The notes under the pieces are model-generated. The model was not told the DNA's origin and made no database searches. It saw nothing but the letters and a program-made list of their open reading frames with translations. A DNA stretch of 64,000 bases, taken from the NCBI GenBank assembly GCA_035259575.1, contig DATFWE010000042.1, positions 4,882-68,881 of the forward strand, written 5' to 3'. This document shows, piece after piece, positions 9,184 to 18,226 of this stretch (its first letter is position 1; the number at the start of each line of letters is the position of its first letter). This DNA is from Haliangiales bacterium. GTDB lineage: Bacteria; Myxococcota_A; Polyangia; Haliangiales; SHYZ01. The translations under genes and the position numbers were made by a program.

Positions 9184-11492
9184 AGACGACTCCGCCGCGA
9201 CAGCGATGCAACCGTCGCGCCGATCACGGTGAGCGAGCTCGCGGGCATGAGCACGGCGCACAAAAGGGGCGACATCAGGCCGGCGTAGGCCAGCGCGACG
9301 GCACCCACGTTGTAGGTGACGGCGATGGCAAGATTGGTGCGCACCACGCGGGCGAGGCGGCGCGCCGCATCCAGCGCGAGCCGCACCGGGCGCAGGCCGG
9401 GCGACGTGAACCAGAAATCGGAGCGCGCGGGCATGAACGGCCGGTCGATGGCGGGCGTGCCCGAACAGGTCGCCTGGTCGGCGGCGAGGCTGTCGTTGAT
9501 GCCGTCGCCGATGAACAGGACGTCGCCGCGGTCGTTCGCGCGGAGCCACGCCGCCTTGGCCGACGGGGTCTGTCCGCCGAGCGCGCGCGCCGCCGGAATG
9601 CCCAGCGCCCGCGCCTGGTCGGCCACGCGCGCGGGCGAGTCGCCCGACAGGATCCACACCTCGTAGCGGCCGGCGGCGAGCCGCCGCGCCTCGTCGGCGG
9701 CGTCGGGGCGGAGCTCCTCCACGGTCTCGAGCGGGATGGGCGGCGCGCCGGCCGCGGAGAACCCGGCGGCGTCGAGCCGGTAGACGCGGCCGCCGCGAGT
9801 CAGCTCGACGCCGCGCCCGGGCTCCTCGACGACCACGAGGCCGTCGACGAAGCGGTGCGCCCCGGCGTCCTCGAGCGCGCGTCGCACCGCCGCGGCCCTG
9901 GGGTGGGAGCTACGCGCGGCGAGGTTGTAGAGCGCCTCGCGCGCGTCGCCGTCGAGGGCGGCGAGGGCCGTCGGGTCGGCGAGGCGCAGGGACCCCGTCG
10001 TGAGCGTGCCCGTCTTGTCGAACACCACCCGCCGCACCGCGGCGGCGCGGTCGAGGAACCCGCCGGCGCGCACGTACAGGCCGTGGCGGCGCAGCCCCGC
10101 CTGGGCGAGCTCGTAGGCGAGGGGCGTGGCGATCCCCAGCGCGCACGGGCAGGTGACGATGAGCACCGCGGCGGTGACCGCGAGCGCGCGGCCGGCGTCC
10201 CCGGTCGCGAACGCCCATCCGCCGAACGCCCCCGCGGCGAGCGCGAGCACCGCGATGACGTACCAGCGGGCGAGGCGGCGCCAGAACGCCGTCGCCCGCG
10301 GCAGCTCGGTCTCGCGCCGCGTCGACTTCTCGAGGAGGGGCAGGAGCGTGGACGCGGCGAACGGGCCGGCGGCGCGGGCGGCCGCCGCGTGCGCGGACGC
10401 GTTGAACGCGCCCGCCGGGATGGTGTCTCCGCGGGCGAACGCGCGCGGGGCGCTCTCTCCGGTGATCCAGTCGAGCGAGAACGTGGCGGCCTCGGCGTCG
10501 AGCGCGGCGTCGACGGGGCAGAGGTCGCCCGGCGCGAGGAGTAGGCGATCGCCCTCGCGGAGCTCGGCGCAGCGCACGATCGCCACGCGGTCGCGGTCCA
10601 CGCGGCGGACGAGGAGCTCATCCGCGCCGTCGGCGGCGAGGAGCTGGCGGCGGTTCTTCTCGAGGACGCGCTCCTGCAGGAACCGGCCGAGGAGCATGAG
10701 GGCGATGAAGACGGTGAGCGTGTCGAAGTAGGTGGCGTCGCCGCGATGGGCGACGAACGACAGCGTGGACGAAGCGAACGCGAGGAGGATCCCCAAGGCG
10801 ATGGGGAGGTCGAGGTGGAAGAGCCCGCGGCGCAGCGCCTCCCACGCCGAGCGGAAGAAGACCGGGCCGCCCACCAGCACGGCCGCGGCGGCGAGCGCGA
10901 AGTTGAGGTCCCGGAACATGCGGTAGATCGGCCCGGCGCGGAGCCCGGCGTAGGTCGCGATGCCGAAAATCATCGCGTTCATGGCCAGGGCGACGCACAC
11001 GCCCAGGCGCCAGAGGAGGTCGCGCGAGCCGGTCGGCGCGTCGGGCTTGCGCGCCGGGCCGAGGCGATAGCCGAACCGCTCGATGTCCGTCACCAGCTCG
11101 CCGAGGGGAAACTCCGGCGCGACGGTGAGCGACAGCGTGCCGAGCGCCGGGTTCACGACGATGTCGAGCGCCCCGCGGTCTCGCCGGCGCGCGAACATCT
11201 GCTCGATCAGCCACACGCACGCGGCGCAGCGGATGCCCTGGACGTCGAGGCTGAGGCGCTGGACCGGCCCGCCGGCGGCGAGGCGCTCCGCCGCGAGCGC
11301 CACCCACTTGTGGTCGGCCGGCGCCTCGGCGGCGGTCGCCGGCACGCCCACCGCGCCGCCGAGCTCGTAGTAGCGGTCGAGACCCTCGCTGCGGATGAGG
11401 TGGTACACCGTCTCGCACCCGCGGCAGCAGAAGGATCCGGCGCTGGGCGTGCCGCAGTGCAGGCAGGCGACCGCGCAGGACGACGAAATCAT
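9171..11492 (-). CDS. ccoI: P1B-type Cu-ATPase CcoI/FixI
   Basis: N-terminal CLHCG..FCCRGC, CAAC metal domain, CPC, DKTGTLT and GDGINDS. Start placed at ATG 11492, downstream of a sigma54-like element. Confidence 0.93.
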   Translation of the reverse strand: MISSSCAVACLHCGTPSAGSFCCRGCETVYHLIRSEGLDRYYELGGAVGVPATAAEAPADHKWVALAAERLAAGGPVQRLSLDVQGIRCAACVWLIEQMFARRRDRGALDIVVNPALGTLSLTVAPEFPLGELVTDIERFGYRLGPARKPDAPTGSRDLLWRLGVCVALAMNAMIFGIATYAGLRAGPIYRMFRDLNFALAAAAVLVGGPVFFRSAWEALRRGLFHLDLPIALGILLAFASSTLSFVAHRGDATYFDTLTVFIALMLLGRFLQERVLEKNRRQLLAADGADELLVRRVDRDRVAIVRCAELREGDRLLLAPGDLCPVDAALDAEAATFSLDWITGESAPRAFARGDTIPAGAFNASAHAAAARAAGPFAASTLLPLLEKSTRRETELPRATAFWRRLARWYVIAVLALAAGAFGGWAFATGDAGRALAVTAAVLIVTCPCALGIATPLAYELAQAGLRRHGLYVRAGGFLDRAAAVRRVVFDKTGTLTTGSLRLADPTALAALDGDAREALYNLAARSSHPRAAAVRRALEDAGAHRFVDGLVVVEEPGRGVELTRGGRVYRLDAAGFSAAGAPPIPLETVEELRPDAADEARRLAAGRYEVWILSGDSPARVADQARALGIPAARALGGQTPSAKAAWLRANDRGDVLFIGDGINDSLAADQATCSGTPAIDRPFMPARSDFWFTSPGLRPVRLALDAARRLARVVRTNLAIAVTYNVGAVALAYAGLMSPLLCAVLMPASSLTVIGATVASLSRRSRLWRS

Positions 11493-11505
11493 CACGCGGG
11501 CATCT

Positions 11506-11522
11506 AGCAAGGAGGGTGCCGA
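11506..11522 (-). promoter_or_regulatory. Putative sigma54 -24/-12 promoter of the cco operon
   Basis: Minus strand TCGGCACCCTCCTTGCT (GG-N10-GC, close to TGGCAC-N5-TTGC). Confidence 0.7.
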
Positions 11523-11550
11523 CCGCCGCGCGCCCGGACCGGGGACGCGG

Positions 11551-11565
11551 GCGCAGTTTCTGCGC
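11551..11565. promoter_or_regulatory. Palindromic activator-type site
   Basis: GCGCAG-TTT-CTGCGC; a half site (GGAAG-AAT-CTGCG) lies 31 bp downstream at 11583-11595. Confidence 0.6.
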
Positions 11566-11614
11566 CCCCATCCCCGAGCCGGGGAAGAATCTGCGCGCTT
11601 TCCGACGACCTTCC

Positions 11615-11630
11615 GAGCACGCGACTTGCA
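11615..11630 (+). promoter_or_regulatory. Putative sigma54 promoter (non-canonical AG at -24)
   Basis: GAGCACGCGACTTGCA; ATG 11644 lies 15 nt after the -12 C. Confidence 0.5.
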
Positions 11631-11643
11631 GTCTGATCACGTC

Positions 11644-12498
11644 ATGCACACCGTGTCCGAGCTCATGACGCCGAGCCCGATCGTCATCGACGTCCATCAA
11701 CCGTTGGCGGAGGCCTCCGAGCGGATGGAGCAGTTCAGGCTCCGGCATCTGCCGGTCATCGACGCTCGGGGCCGGCTCGTCGGGATCCTGTCCGAGCTCG
11801 ACCTCTATCGCTTCAAGGACAAGCGGCCTCGGGCCGACCTCGAAAACATGGCCGTCGGCGCGGCCATGGACCCGAATCCCTACACCGTGGCGCCGGACGC
11901 TCCCATCACCTCGGTCGCGCGCACCATGGCCGCCCAGCGCATCGGCGCTGCGGTCGTCATGAACGAAGGCCGCGTCGCCGGCGTGTTCACCACCGTCGAC
12001 GCGCTCCGCGGGCTCGCGGCGGCGGACGTGCTCTCCGAGGTCGGTGGCGCGCCGGTGTCGCCGACGGCCGCGCGCAAGGTCCTCTGCCCCATCGACTTCT
12101 CCCCCGGTTCGCGCGAGGCCGTGTGCCACGCGCTCGACCTCGCGCGCGGCTCCGGCGGCTCGGTCACCCTGTTTCACGCCTTCGACGTGCCGGCGGTGTC
12201 GTTCACCCCGGCGATGATCGAGCAGGCCGACGAGCAGGTGCTGGCGTCGCTTCACGAGTGGCGGCTCGACTTCCAGCGTCCCGGCGAGGCCGATATCGCC
12301 GTCGCCAAGGGCATCGGCCCGGCGTGGCGGGCGATCGTGGACTACGCGAAGGCCCACGACTACGACGTCATCGTGATGGGGACGCACGGACGCACCGGGC
12401 TCCCGCGCATGCTGGTGGGCTCGGTGGCGGAGAACGTGACGCGCCACGCGCCCTGCCCGGTGATGATCGTGCGGCGCCGCGAGAGCGATCGCCCATGA
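11644..12498 (+). CDS. CBS-domain pair fused to a universal stress protein domain
   Basis: VSELMTPSP..RLRHLPVID..LVGILS and IGAAVV..VAGVFTTVD (CBS); VLCPIDFS..IVMGTHGRTGLPRMLVGSVAENV.RHAPCPV (USP). Confidence 0.9.
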   Translation: MHTVSELMTPSPIVIDVHQPLAEASERMEQFRLRHLPVIDARGRLVGILSELDLYRFKDKRPRADLENMAVGAAMDPNPYTVAPDAPITSVARTMAAQRIGAAVVMNEGRVAGVFTTVDALRGLAAADVLSEVGGAPVSPTAARKVLCPIDFSPGSREAVCHALDLARGSGGSVTLFHAFDVPAVSFTPAMIEQADEQVLASLHEWRLDFQRPGEADIAVAKGIGPAWRAIVDYAKAHDYDVIVMGTHGRTGLPRMLVGSVAENVTRHAPCPVMIVRRRESDRP

Positions 12499-12517
12499 AG
12501 ACGATCGTGAGGCGGCG

Positions 12518-14179
12518 ATGCATGACCCGTCGTCTGAGACCTCCCGGCTCGACGAGCTGACCGCCGTCGTGGCAAGGCTCGAGGAGCGCGTCGCGAGGCT
12601 CGAACGCGCGCCTGCGGAGTCGAGCGCGCCGCGCCAAGCGCCGCGACCTGCGCCGCGTGCCGAGCCCATGCCGCGGCCACGCTGGCTCGATGCCGCGCTC
12701 CTCGGGCGGAGCTTCATCGTGCTGGGAATCGGTTACCTCCTCCGGGCGATCACCGATCTCCCCGTCGTGCCGGACGCCGTGGGCGCCGGCGTCGGCCTCG
12801 CCTTCGCGGCCGCGCTCCTCGTCCTCGCCGATCGCGCCGGCGCGCGCGGACGTCCTGCGAGCAGCGCCTGCCACGGCGCGACCGCGCTGATCGTCGCGTA
12901 CCCCCTGGTGGCCGAGCTGGTGGCGCGCTACGCGCTCATCGGTGCGGCCGGGAGCGCGGCGCTGGTCGTGGCCTTCAGCATCGCGACGATGGTCGTGGCG
13001 GCGCGCCGTCGGGTCGTCGCCCTGGCCTGGATCGTCACGCCTGCATCTCTGCTCGCGATCGTCGCCCTGGCCACGCAGACGGGTTTGACGGCACCCCACG
13101 CCGCCGCCGTCGTGGCGCTCACCGCGGCATCCGCTTGGCTGGCGCGCCGCCTCCGGCAACGCTTCCTCGTCTGGCCGGTCGCCATCGCCTCCGACCTCGT
13201 CGTCCTCCTGTTCGCGTCGCTGGTCGTGTGGGGGAGGAGCGCCGCCTCGCCGTGGGGCGCGGCCGCCATCGCCCTCCTCTTCTTCGGGCTCTGCGCCGGC
13301 GGCACGATGGCGCGGGCGGTGCGCGACGGCACCGCCACGACGCCATGGGAGAACCTCCAGGCGTCCGCCGCTTTTGTCGTGGGGCTGGTGCCGGCGGCGC
13401 GAATCTCCGCCCAGCTGGCCGGCGGCGCGTTCCTCGGCCTGGCGATGCTCGCCCTCGGCGTCGCCGGCGAGGTCCTCGCCCTGCGTGCGTTCTCGCCGCA
13501 GACCGCCGGACGTACGCTCGCCTTCTGGACGTCGCTCTGGCTGGCCGTGGTCGTGGTCTCGCTCGCCGTCGTCTTCCATGGGCCCGCGCTCGCGCTCGTC
13601 GAGCTCGCGCCGGCGGCGGCCATGCTGATCGTCGTGCGCCGGCGCGAGCACCCGGCGGGTGAGCTCCAGGCGCTCGCGACGATCGTCGTCGCCGCGGCCG
13701 TCTCCGGTGCGCTCGATGATGTCGCGCGCGCGCTGACCGCCCCGCCGCCCGACGTCGCCGCGCCCGGCCCGATCGGGCTCGCGGTCCTCATGGCTCTCGT
13801 CGTCGCCGTTGTCCGCGGCATCCGCGAGCCCCCGCGCGACGCGAGCCTTCCGCGTCGCGCCGCCAAGATGCTCGCGGTGCTGCTGGGCGCGCTCTCTGTC
13901 GCCGGACTCGCCGCCGGGCTCGCCGCCGCGATCCTCCACCCCTCGTTCGCGGCCATGGCGACGATCCGCACGGGCATCCTCTCGCTCTCCGCCGTTGCGC
14001 TCGCGCTCGTCCCGCGGCGGTCGTGCGCGGACCTCGTCTACCCCCTGCTGGCGCTCATCGCCATCAAGATCGGCGTCGAGGACCTGCGGCACGGCGTGGC
14101 GGCGACCCTGTTCGTCAGCCTCGGCCTCTTCGGGCTAACGCTGATCCTGGCGCCGCGCTTCCGCCAGGCCGGCACATGA
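12518..14179 (+). CDS. Polytopic membrane protein, DUF2339-like
   Basis: N-terminal coil RLEERVARLE, Pro-rich linker, then many TM helices. Confidence 0.55.
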   Translation: MHDPSSETSRLDELTAVVARLEERVARLERAPAESSAPRQAPRPAPRAEPMPRPRWLDAALLGRSFIVLGIGYLLRAITDLPVVPDAVGAGVGLAFAAALLVLADRAGARGRPASSACHGATALIVAYPLVAELVARYALIGAAGSAALVVAFSIATMVVAARRRVVALAWIVTPASLLAIVALATQTGLTAPHAAAVVALTAASAWLARRLRQRFLVWPVAIASDLVVLLFASLVVWGRSAASPWGAAAIALLFFGLCAGGTMARAVRDGTATTPWENLQASAAFVVGLVPAARISAQLAGGAFLGLAMLALGVAGEVLALRAFSPQTAGRTLAFWTSLWLAVVVVSLAVVFHGPALALVELAPAAAMLIVVRRREHPAGELQALATIVVAAAVSGALDDVARALTAPPPDVAAPGPIGLAVLMALVVAVVRGIREPPRDASLPRRAAKMLAVLLGALSVAGLAAGLAAAILHPSFAAMATIRTGILSLSAVALALVPRRSCADLVYPLLALIAIKIGVEDLRHGVAATLFVSLGLFGLTLILAPRFRQAGT

Positions 14180-14185
14180 ACGGGG

Positions 14186-14237
14186 CGCAATGCTTGCGGG
14201 GGCGCAAACGCGCCAGGCGGGAAACGCAATCTTTGCG
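14186..14237. promoter_or_regulatory. Pair of perfect CGCAA-N3-TTGCG palindromes (putative enhancer sites)
   Basis: 14186-14198 CGCAA-TGC-TTGCG and 14225-14237 CGCAA-TCT-TTGCG, upstream of a sigma54 element. Confidence 0.72.
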
Positions 14238-14256
14238 CGGGAATCGCGCTCACTGC

Positions 14257-14273
14257 TTGGCACGGAGTTCGCT
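14257..14273 (+). promoter_or_regulatory. Putative sigma54 promoter of the cyt c-Rieske-cyt b operon
   Basis: TTGGCACGGAGTTCGCT, GG-N10-GC with TGGCACG. Confidence 0.75.
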
Positions 14274-14304
14274 GGTCTTCGATGGCCATAAGGAGGTCGC
14301 AACC

Positions 14305-14652
14305 ATGAAGCGGCTGAGCGCCATGTTCTTCCTCTCGATGTCTCTCCTCGGTCCCGCCATCGCCTCGGCGGACGACGCCGCGACGAATCGCGTGTTCCGC
14401 GCCAAGTGCGCGTCCTGCCACGGCGAGGACGGCAAGGGACACACCAAGGAAGGCGAGAAGATGAAGGTAGGCGACATGACGTCGGCCGCGTTCCAGAAGG
14501 AGCTCACCGACGAGAAGATCAAGCAGACGATCGAAAACGGCCTGTCCCGCGAGAAGAACGGCGTCAAGCAGGAGATGAAGCCGCTCAAGGACAAGCTCAC
14601 GCCCGAGCAGATCGACGCGCTGGTCAAATACGTCCGCGGGCTGGCCAAGTAG
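14305..14652 (+). CDS. Secreted mono-heme class I cytochrome c
   Basis: AGGAGG SD, signal peptide, CASCH and distal Met (QEMKP). Confidence 0.92.
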   Translation: MKRLSAMFFLSMSLLGPAIASADDAATNRVFRAKCASCHGEDGKGHTKEGEKMKVGDMTSAAFQKELTDEKIKQTIENGLSREKNGVKQEMKPLKDKLTPEQIDALVKYVRGLAK

Positions 14653-14665
14653 CCGAGGCGCGCCC

Positions 14666-15124
14666 ATGAGCGATCACGCACCCGCGCCGGTGACGCGAAG
14701 GCGATTCCTCGACGCCCTTCTCGGCGCGGGGCTCGTCGGCTGGCTGGCCACGGTCCTTTACCCGGTGCTGCGTTATCTCAAGCCGCTCAGCTCGACCGGT
14801 CCGGGCGGACCGATCAAACTGTCGGCCGACGAGGCGACCAAGCTCGAGCGGGAACGCTACGTGATCGTGCGCGCCGGCACCAGCCGCGTCCTCGTCTTCG
14901 AAGATGCGGCTCAAGGCCTGCGCGCGCTGTCGGCGAAGTGCACCCACGAGGGGTGCACCGTGCAGTACGTCGCGGGCGAGTCGATCGTCCTGTGCGCGTG
15001 CCACAACGGCCGCTACGACCTCGACGGCCGCGTGCTCGCTGGGCCGCCGCCGCGCCCGCTCGCGCAGTACGAGGCGCAGCGCGACGCCGACGGCTCGATC
15101 CTCGTCAAGCTGGGGACGTCGTGA
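14666..15124 (+). CDS. Rieske 2Fe-2S subunit of a Rieske/cytochrome b complex
   Basis: Tat-like RRRFL plus TM helix; CTHEGC and CACHNG motifs. Confidence 0.93.
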   Translation: MSDHAPAPVTRRRFLDALLGAGLVGWLATVLYPVLRYLKPLSSTGPGGPIKLSADEATKLERERYVIVRAGTSRVLVFEDAAQGLRALSAKCTHEGCTVQYVAGESIVLCACHNGRYDLDGRVLAGPPPRPLAQYEAQRDADGSILVKLGTS

Positions 15125-18015
15125 GCGCACCGGAGCGCCGGCGCGGACGCCTCTTCCGCTGGCTGGACTCGCGCTACCAGCTCCAGCCCGTCGTGGACTT
15201 CCTCGAGCACAAGGAGGTGCCGGTCGGCGTCCACTCACTGATCTGGTACTACCTCGGCGGCACGACGCTGTTCTTCTTCGTCGTGCAGATCGCGTCGGGC
15301 GTGCTGCTCCTCATGTATTACCAGCCCGGCGAGGCCACGGCGTACGAGAGCATCCGCTACATCACCACGAAGGTGCCGTTCGGCTGGCTCATCCGCTCCG
15401 TCCACTGCTGGAGCGCGCACCTGATGATCGTCTCGCTGGTGGCGCACATGTTCTCGACGCTCATGCTCAAGGCCTACCGGCCGCCGCGCGAGCTGACCTG
15501 GGTCACCGGCTTTCTCCTGTTCGCCGTCGCGCTCGGCTTCGGCTTTTCCGGCTATCTCCTGCCGTGGAACGAGCTGTCGTTCTTCGCCACGTCGGTCGGC
15601 ACCGACTCGGTGAAGGAGATCCCGGTCATCGGCGACTGGTTGCTGCAGGTCCTGCGCGGGGGCACCGAGGTGAGCATCAACACGCTCTACCGCTTCTTCG
15701 GGCTGCACGTCGTCATCCTGCCGCTGGCGGCGTTCGCCATCATCGCCGTCCACCTCCTGTTCATCCAGCGCCAGGGCATGGCGCCGCCGGTCCATCCGCC
15801 GGCGACGCCGCGCGCGATGAAGTTCTTCCCCAACTTCGCGGTGCGCGATCTGCTGATCTGGCTCTTGTGCCTGGCGGCGCTGACCAGCCTCGCGGTGTTC
15901 CTGCCGTATGGCCCCGGCGTCCCCGGCGTGGAGTGGGAGCTCGGCAAGAAGGCCAACCCGCTCGCCCCGGCCTACCCGGGGATCAAGCCGGAGTGGTACT
16001 TCCTGTGGGTCTACCAGCTCCTCAAGGAGTTCCCGCCGCACCTGGTCGGCGGCCTGGAAGGCCCGCAGGCGGCGCTGCTGCTCGTCGGCGGGCTGCTCGT
16101 CGTGTGGGCGCTCATCCCGTGGCTCGACCGATCGGCGCGCCGCAACGAGCCCTCCCCGGCCTTCACCGACTTCGGCATGGCGGCGCTCCTGTTCATCGCG
16201 TTCCTGACGCTCAAGGCGTGGGACATCGGCGGGGGCGCAGGCAAGGTGCCGGACGCGCGGGCGGTCGCGTGGACGACGGCCTGGTACGCGCTCGGCGTGG
16301 CGCTCGTCTCGGTAGTCGTGCGCGCGGTCGTGTACCGGCATCGCTGGTTCCTGTTCACCGGGGCGTTCGCCGTCCACGTGGTGCTGCACGGTCTCGTCGG
16401 CCTGCCCTACCTCCTCGCCGGCGCCATCGGCATCGGCGTGCTCCTGGCGGCGCTGGGCGGCCTCAAGCTGCGCGGTCGCGGCGCCGTCGCGCTGCTCGTG
16501 GTCCTCGGCGCCGTCTCGGCGGCGCGCGCCGACGAGCCGCTGCCGCCTGCGCTGCAGAAGATGTTCGACGCCCGCCGGCCCGACGGCGCGCCCGTCATCC
16601 CGCCGGCGCAGCGAGAGTACTTCGCCAAGCTTCCCGATCGCGTGCGCGCCCTCGTCGCCGAAGCGGCCGACGCGACCATCCTCGGCTCGGCCGAGCACGC
16701 CCGCCGTCTGTTCGCGCTGAACCTTCCGCCGACGGCCTTCGAGCTCCTCATCAAGGACAACTGCATCGTCTGCCACACCGATCCAGGCAACGTCGAGGCG
16801 CGCACGCTCTTCTCCGCCGACCCCAAGGCCGACAAGTCGTCGCCGCGCCTCAACCTCAAGGAGTTCGCCAGCGACGTGCACTTCCGCCGCGGCGTGTCCT
16901 GCTCCGGCTGCCACGGCGGCTCGCCCACCGACCTCAACATGACCGACGCCATCGCCGAGCGGTGGCCGAGCGAGGAGGACCGCGCGAAGTCGCACGCCTG
17001 GATCCCGGCGTTCTGCGCGCGCTGCCACAGCGACGCCGCCTACATGCGCTCCTTCAACCAAGCCTTGCCCACCGACCAGCTCGCCAAGTACAAGACCAGC
17101 CGACACGGCCAGCGGCTCCTGGTCGAGGGCGACGACAAGGCGGCCCAGTGCGCGAGCTGCCACGGCGGGCACGGGATCCGCAGCGCGAAGAGCCCCAAGT
17201 CGATGGTCCACCCGCAGCGCGTTCCCGAGACGTGCGGCGCGTGCCACGCCGACGCCCGGTACATGGCCGGCGAGAAGACCGACCGCGGCGAGCCCCTGCC
17301 GACCAATCAGCTCGAACAGTACAGGAAGAGCGCGCACGGCAAGGCCCTCCTCGAGAAGGGCGATCTCGGCGCGCCGGCGTGCAACTCCTGCCACGGCAAT
17401 CACGCCGCGCAGCCGCCCGCCGTCGCCTCCGTGTCGGAAGTCTGCCGCGTTTGCCACGTCACGAACGGCCGGCTGTTCGACGGCTCGAAGCACAAGATCG
17501 CATTCGAGAAGCACGGCTGGCCGGAATGCGCCCAGTGTCATGGCAAGCACGACATCGCCAAGGCGAACGACGAGCTTCTCGCCGACGGGGCCGAGCGGCT
17601 GTGCCACGCTTGCCACGCCAAGGACGCGCCGGACAACAAGGAATGCGACGCCACGGCGAGCCATTTCCACGCGACCCTCGGCGAGCTGGCCGGGTCGATG
17701 ACGGCGTACACCGTCGAGGGCGAGGAGCTGGCGAAGAAGGGCCTCGACGTCGAGCCGCTCACGAACGTGCTCGGCGAGCTCGAGGAGTCGCTCGTCAAGG
17801 CGCGCGAAGGCATCCACAGCTTCGACAAGGACACGTTCGATCGCCTGGCGGATCCGGCGCGCGCGGCCGCGAAAAAGAGCCAGGAGCTCATCGACGCCTC
17901 GCGGAAGGAGTACCGCTTCCGGCAGGGCGGGCTCCTGGCGGCGATCGGTGCGATGTCGCTGCTCGCGCTCGGGATCTACCTCACGCTGCGGCGGATCGAG
18001 TCGCGGAAGCCCTGA
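15121..18015 (+). CDS. Cytochrome b (b6 + subunit IV-like) fused to a C-terminal 9-heme cytochrome c domain
   Basis: GTGA overlap with the Rieske gene; RSVHCWSAH, RPPRELTW, SGYLLPWN, FFGLHV, AVHL and KPEWYFL, then 9 CxxCH and a C-terminal TM helix. Confidence 0.9.
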   Translation: MSAPERRRGRLFRWLDSRYQLQPVVDFLEHKEVPVGVHSLIWYYLGGTTLFFFVVQIASGVLLLMYYQPGEATAYESIRYITTKVPFGWLIRSVHCWSAHLMIVSLVAHMFSTLMLKAYRPPRELTWVTGFLLFAVALGFGFSGYLLPWNELSFFATSVGTDSVKEIPVIGDWLLQVLRGGTEVSINTLYRFFGLHVVILPLAAFAIIAVHLLFIQRQGMAPPVHPPATPRAMKFFPNFAVRDLLIWLLCLAALTSLAVFLPYGPGVPGVEWELGKKANPLAPAYPGIKPEWYFLWVYQLLKEFPPHLVGGLEGPQAALLLVGGLLVVWALIPWLDRSARRNEPSPAFTDFGMAALLFIAFLTLKAWDIGGGAGKVPDARAVAWTTAWYALGVALVSVVVRAVVYRHRWFLFTGAFAVHVVLHGLVGLPYLLAGAIGIGVLLAALGGLKLRGRGAVALLVVLGAVSAARADEPLPPALQKMFDARRPDGAPVIPPAQREYFAKLPDRVRALVAEAADATILGSAEHARRLFALNLPPTAFELLIKDNCIVCHTDPGNVEARTLFSADPKADKSSPRLNLKEFASDVHFRRGVSCSGCHGGSPTDLNMTDAIAERWPSEEDRAKSHAWIPAFCARCHSDAAYMRSFNQALPTDQLAKYKTSRHGQRLLVEGDDKAAQCASCHGGHGIRSAKSPKSMVHPQRVPETCGACHADARYMAGEKTDRGEPLPTNQLEQYRKSAHGKALLEKGDLGAPACNSCHGNHAAQPPAVASVSEVCRVCHVTNGRLFDGSKHKIAFEKHGWPECAQCHGKHDIAKANDELLADGAERLCHACHAKDAPDNKECDATASHFHATLGELAGSMTAYTVEGEELAKKGLDVEPLTNVLGELEESLVKAREGIHSFDKDTFDRLADPARAAAKKSQELIDASRKEYRFRQGGLLAAIGAMSLLALGIYLTLRRIESRKP

Positions 18016-18034
18016 CGCGGGCGCGCCGGCGACA

Positions 18035-18077
18035 CGAATTTCTTGCGCGCATCGGCTCGGGGGACGCAATCGGTGCG
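18035..18077. promoter_or_regulatory. Pair of degenerate CGCAA-N3-TTGCG sites
   Basis: CGAAT-TTC-TTGCG (18035) and CGCAA-TCG-GTGCG (18065), 30 bp apart. Confidence 0.55.
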
Positions 18078-18197
18078 TCGCCGGGGCACGCGGGCCGCGC
18101 CCCATTGTCGTGCAGATATCTTTCCAGGCCCGCCAAGGCGGCGTCATTTGTTTCGAATGGGCGCTCGCGCGAACGGGCGTCATGCAAGTTTCTTTCA

Positions 18198-18213
18198 CGG
18201 CACGCTGGCTGCA
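18198..18213 (+). promoter_or_regulatory. Putative sigma54 promoter
   Basis: CGGCACGCTGGCTGCA; ATG 18227 lies 15 nt after the -12 C. Confidence 0.65.
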
Positions 18214-18226
18214 ACACCGACGAGCC

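Noticed and set aside
11626-11640. Possible FNR/FixK box upstream of cco (TTGCAGTCTGATCAC)
   Set aside because: Only one half-site fits TTGAT-N4-ATCAA in any register; the TTGC is better explained as a sigma54 -12 element.
12495-12560. Short ORF MKTIVRRRCMTRRLRPPGSTS overlapping the CBS-USP stop
   Set aside because: It has no recognisable features and overlaps the start of the longer membrane-protein gene in another frame.
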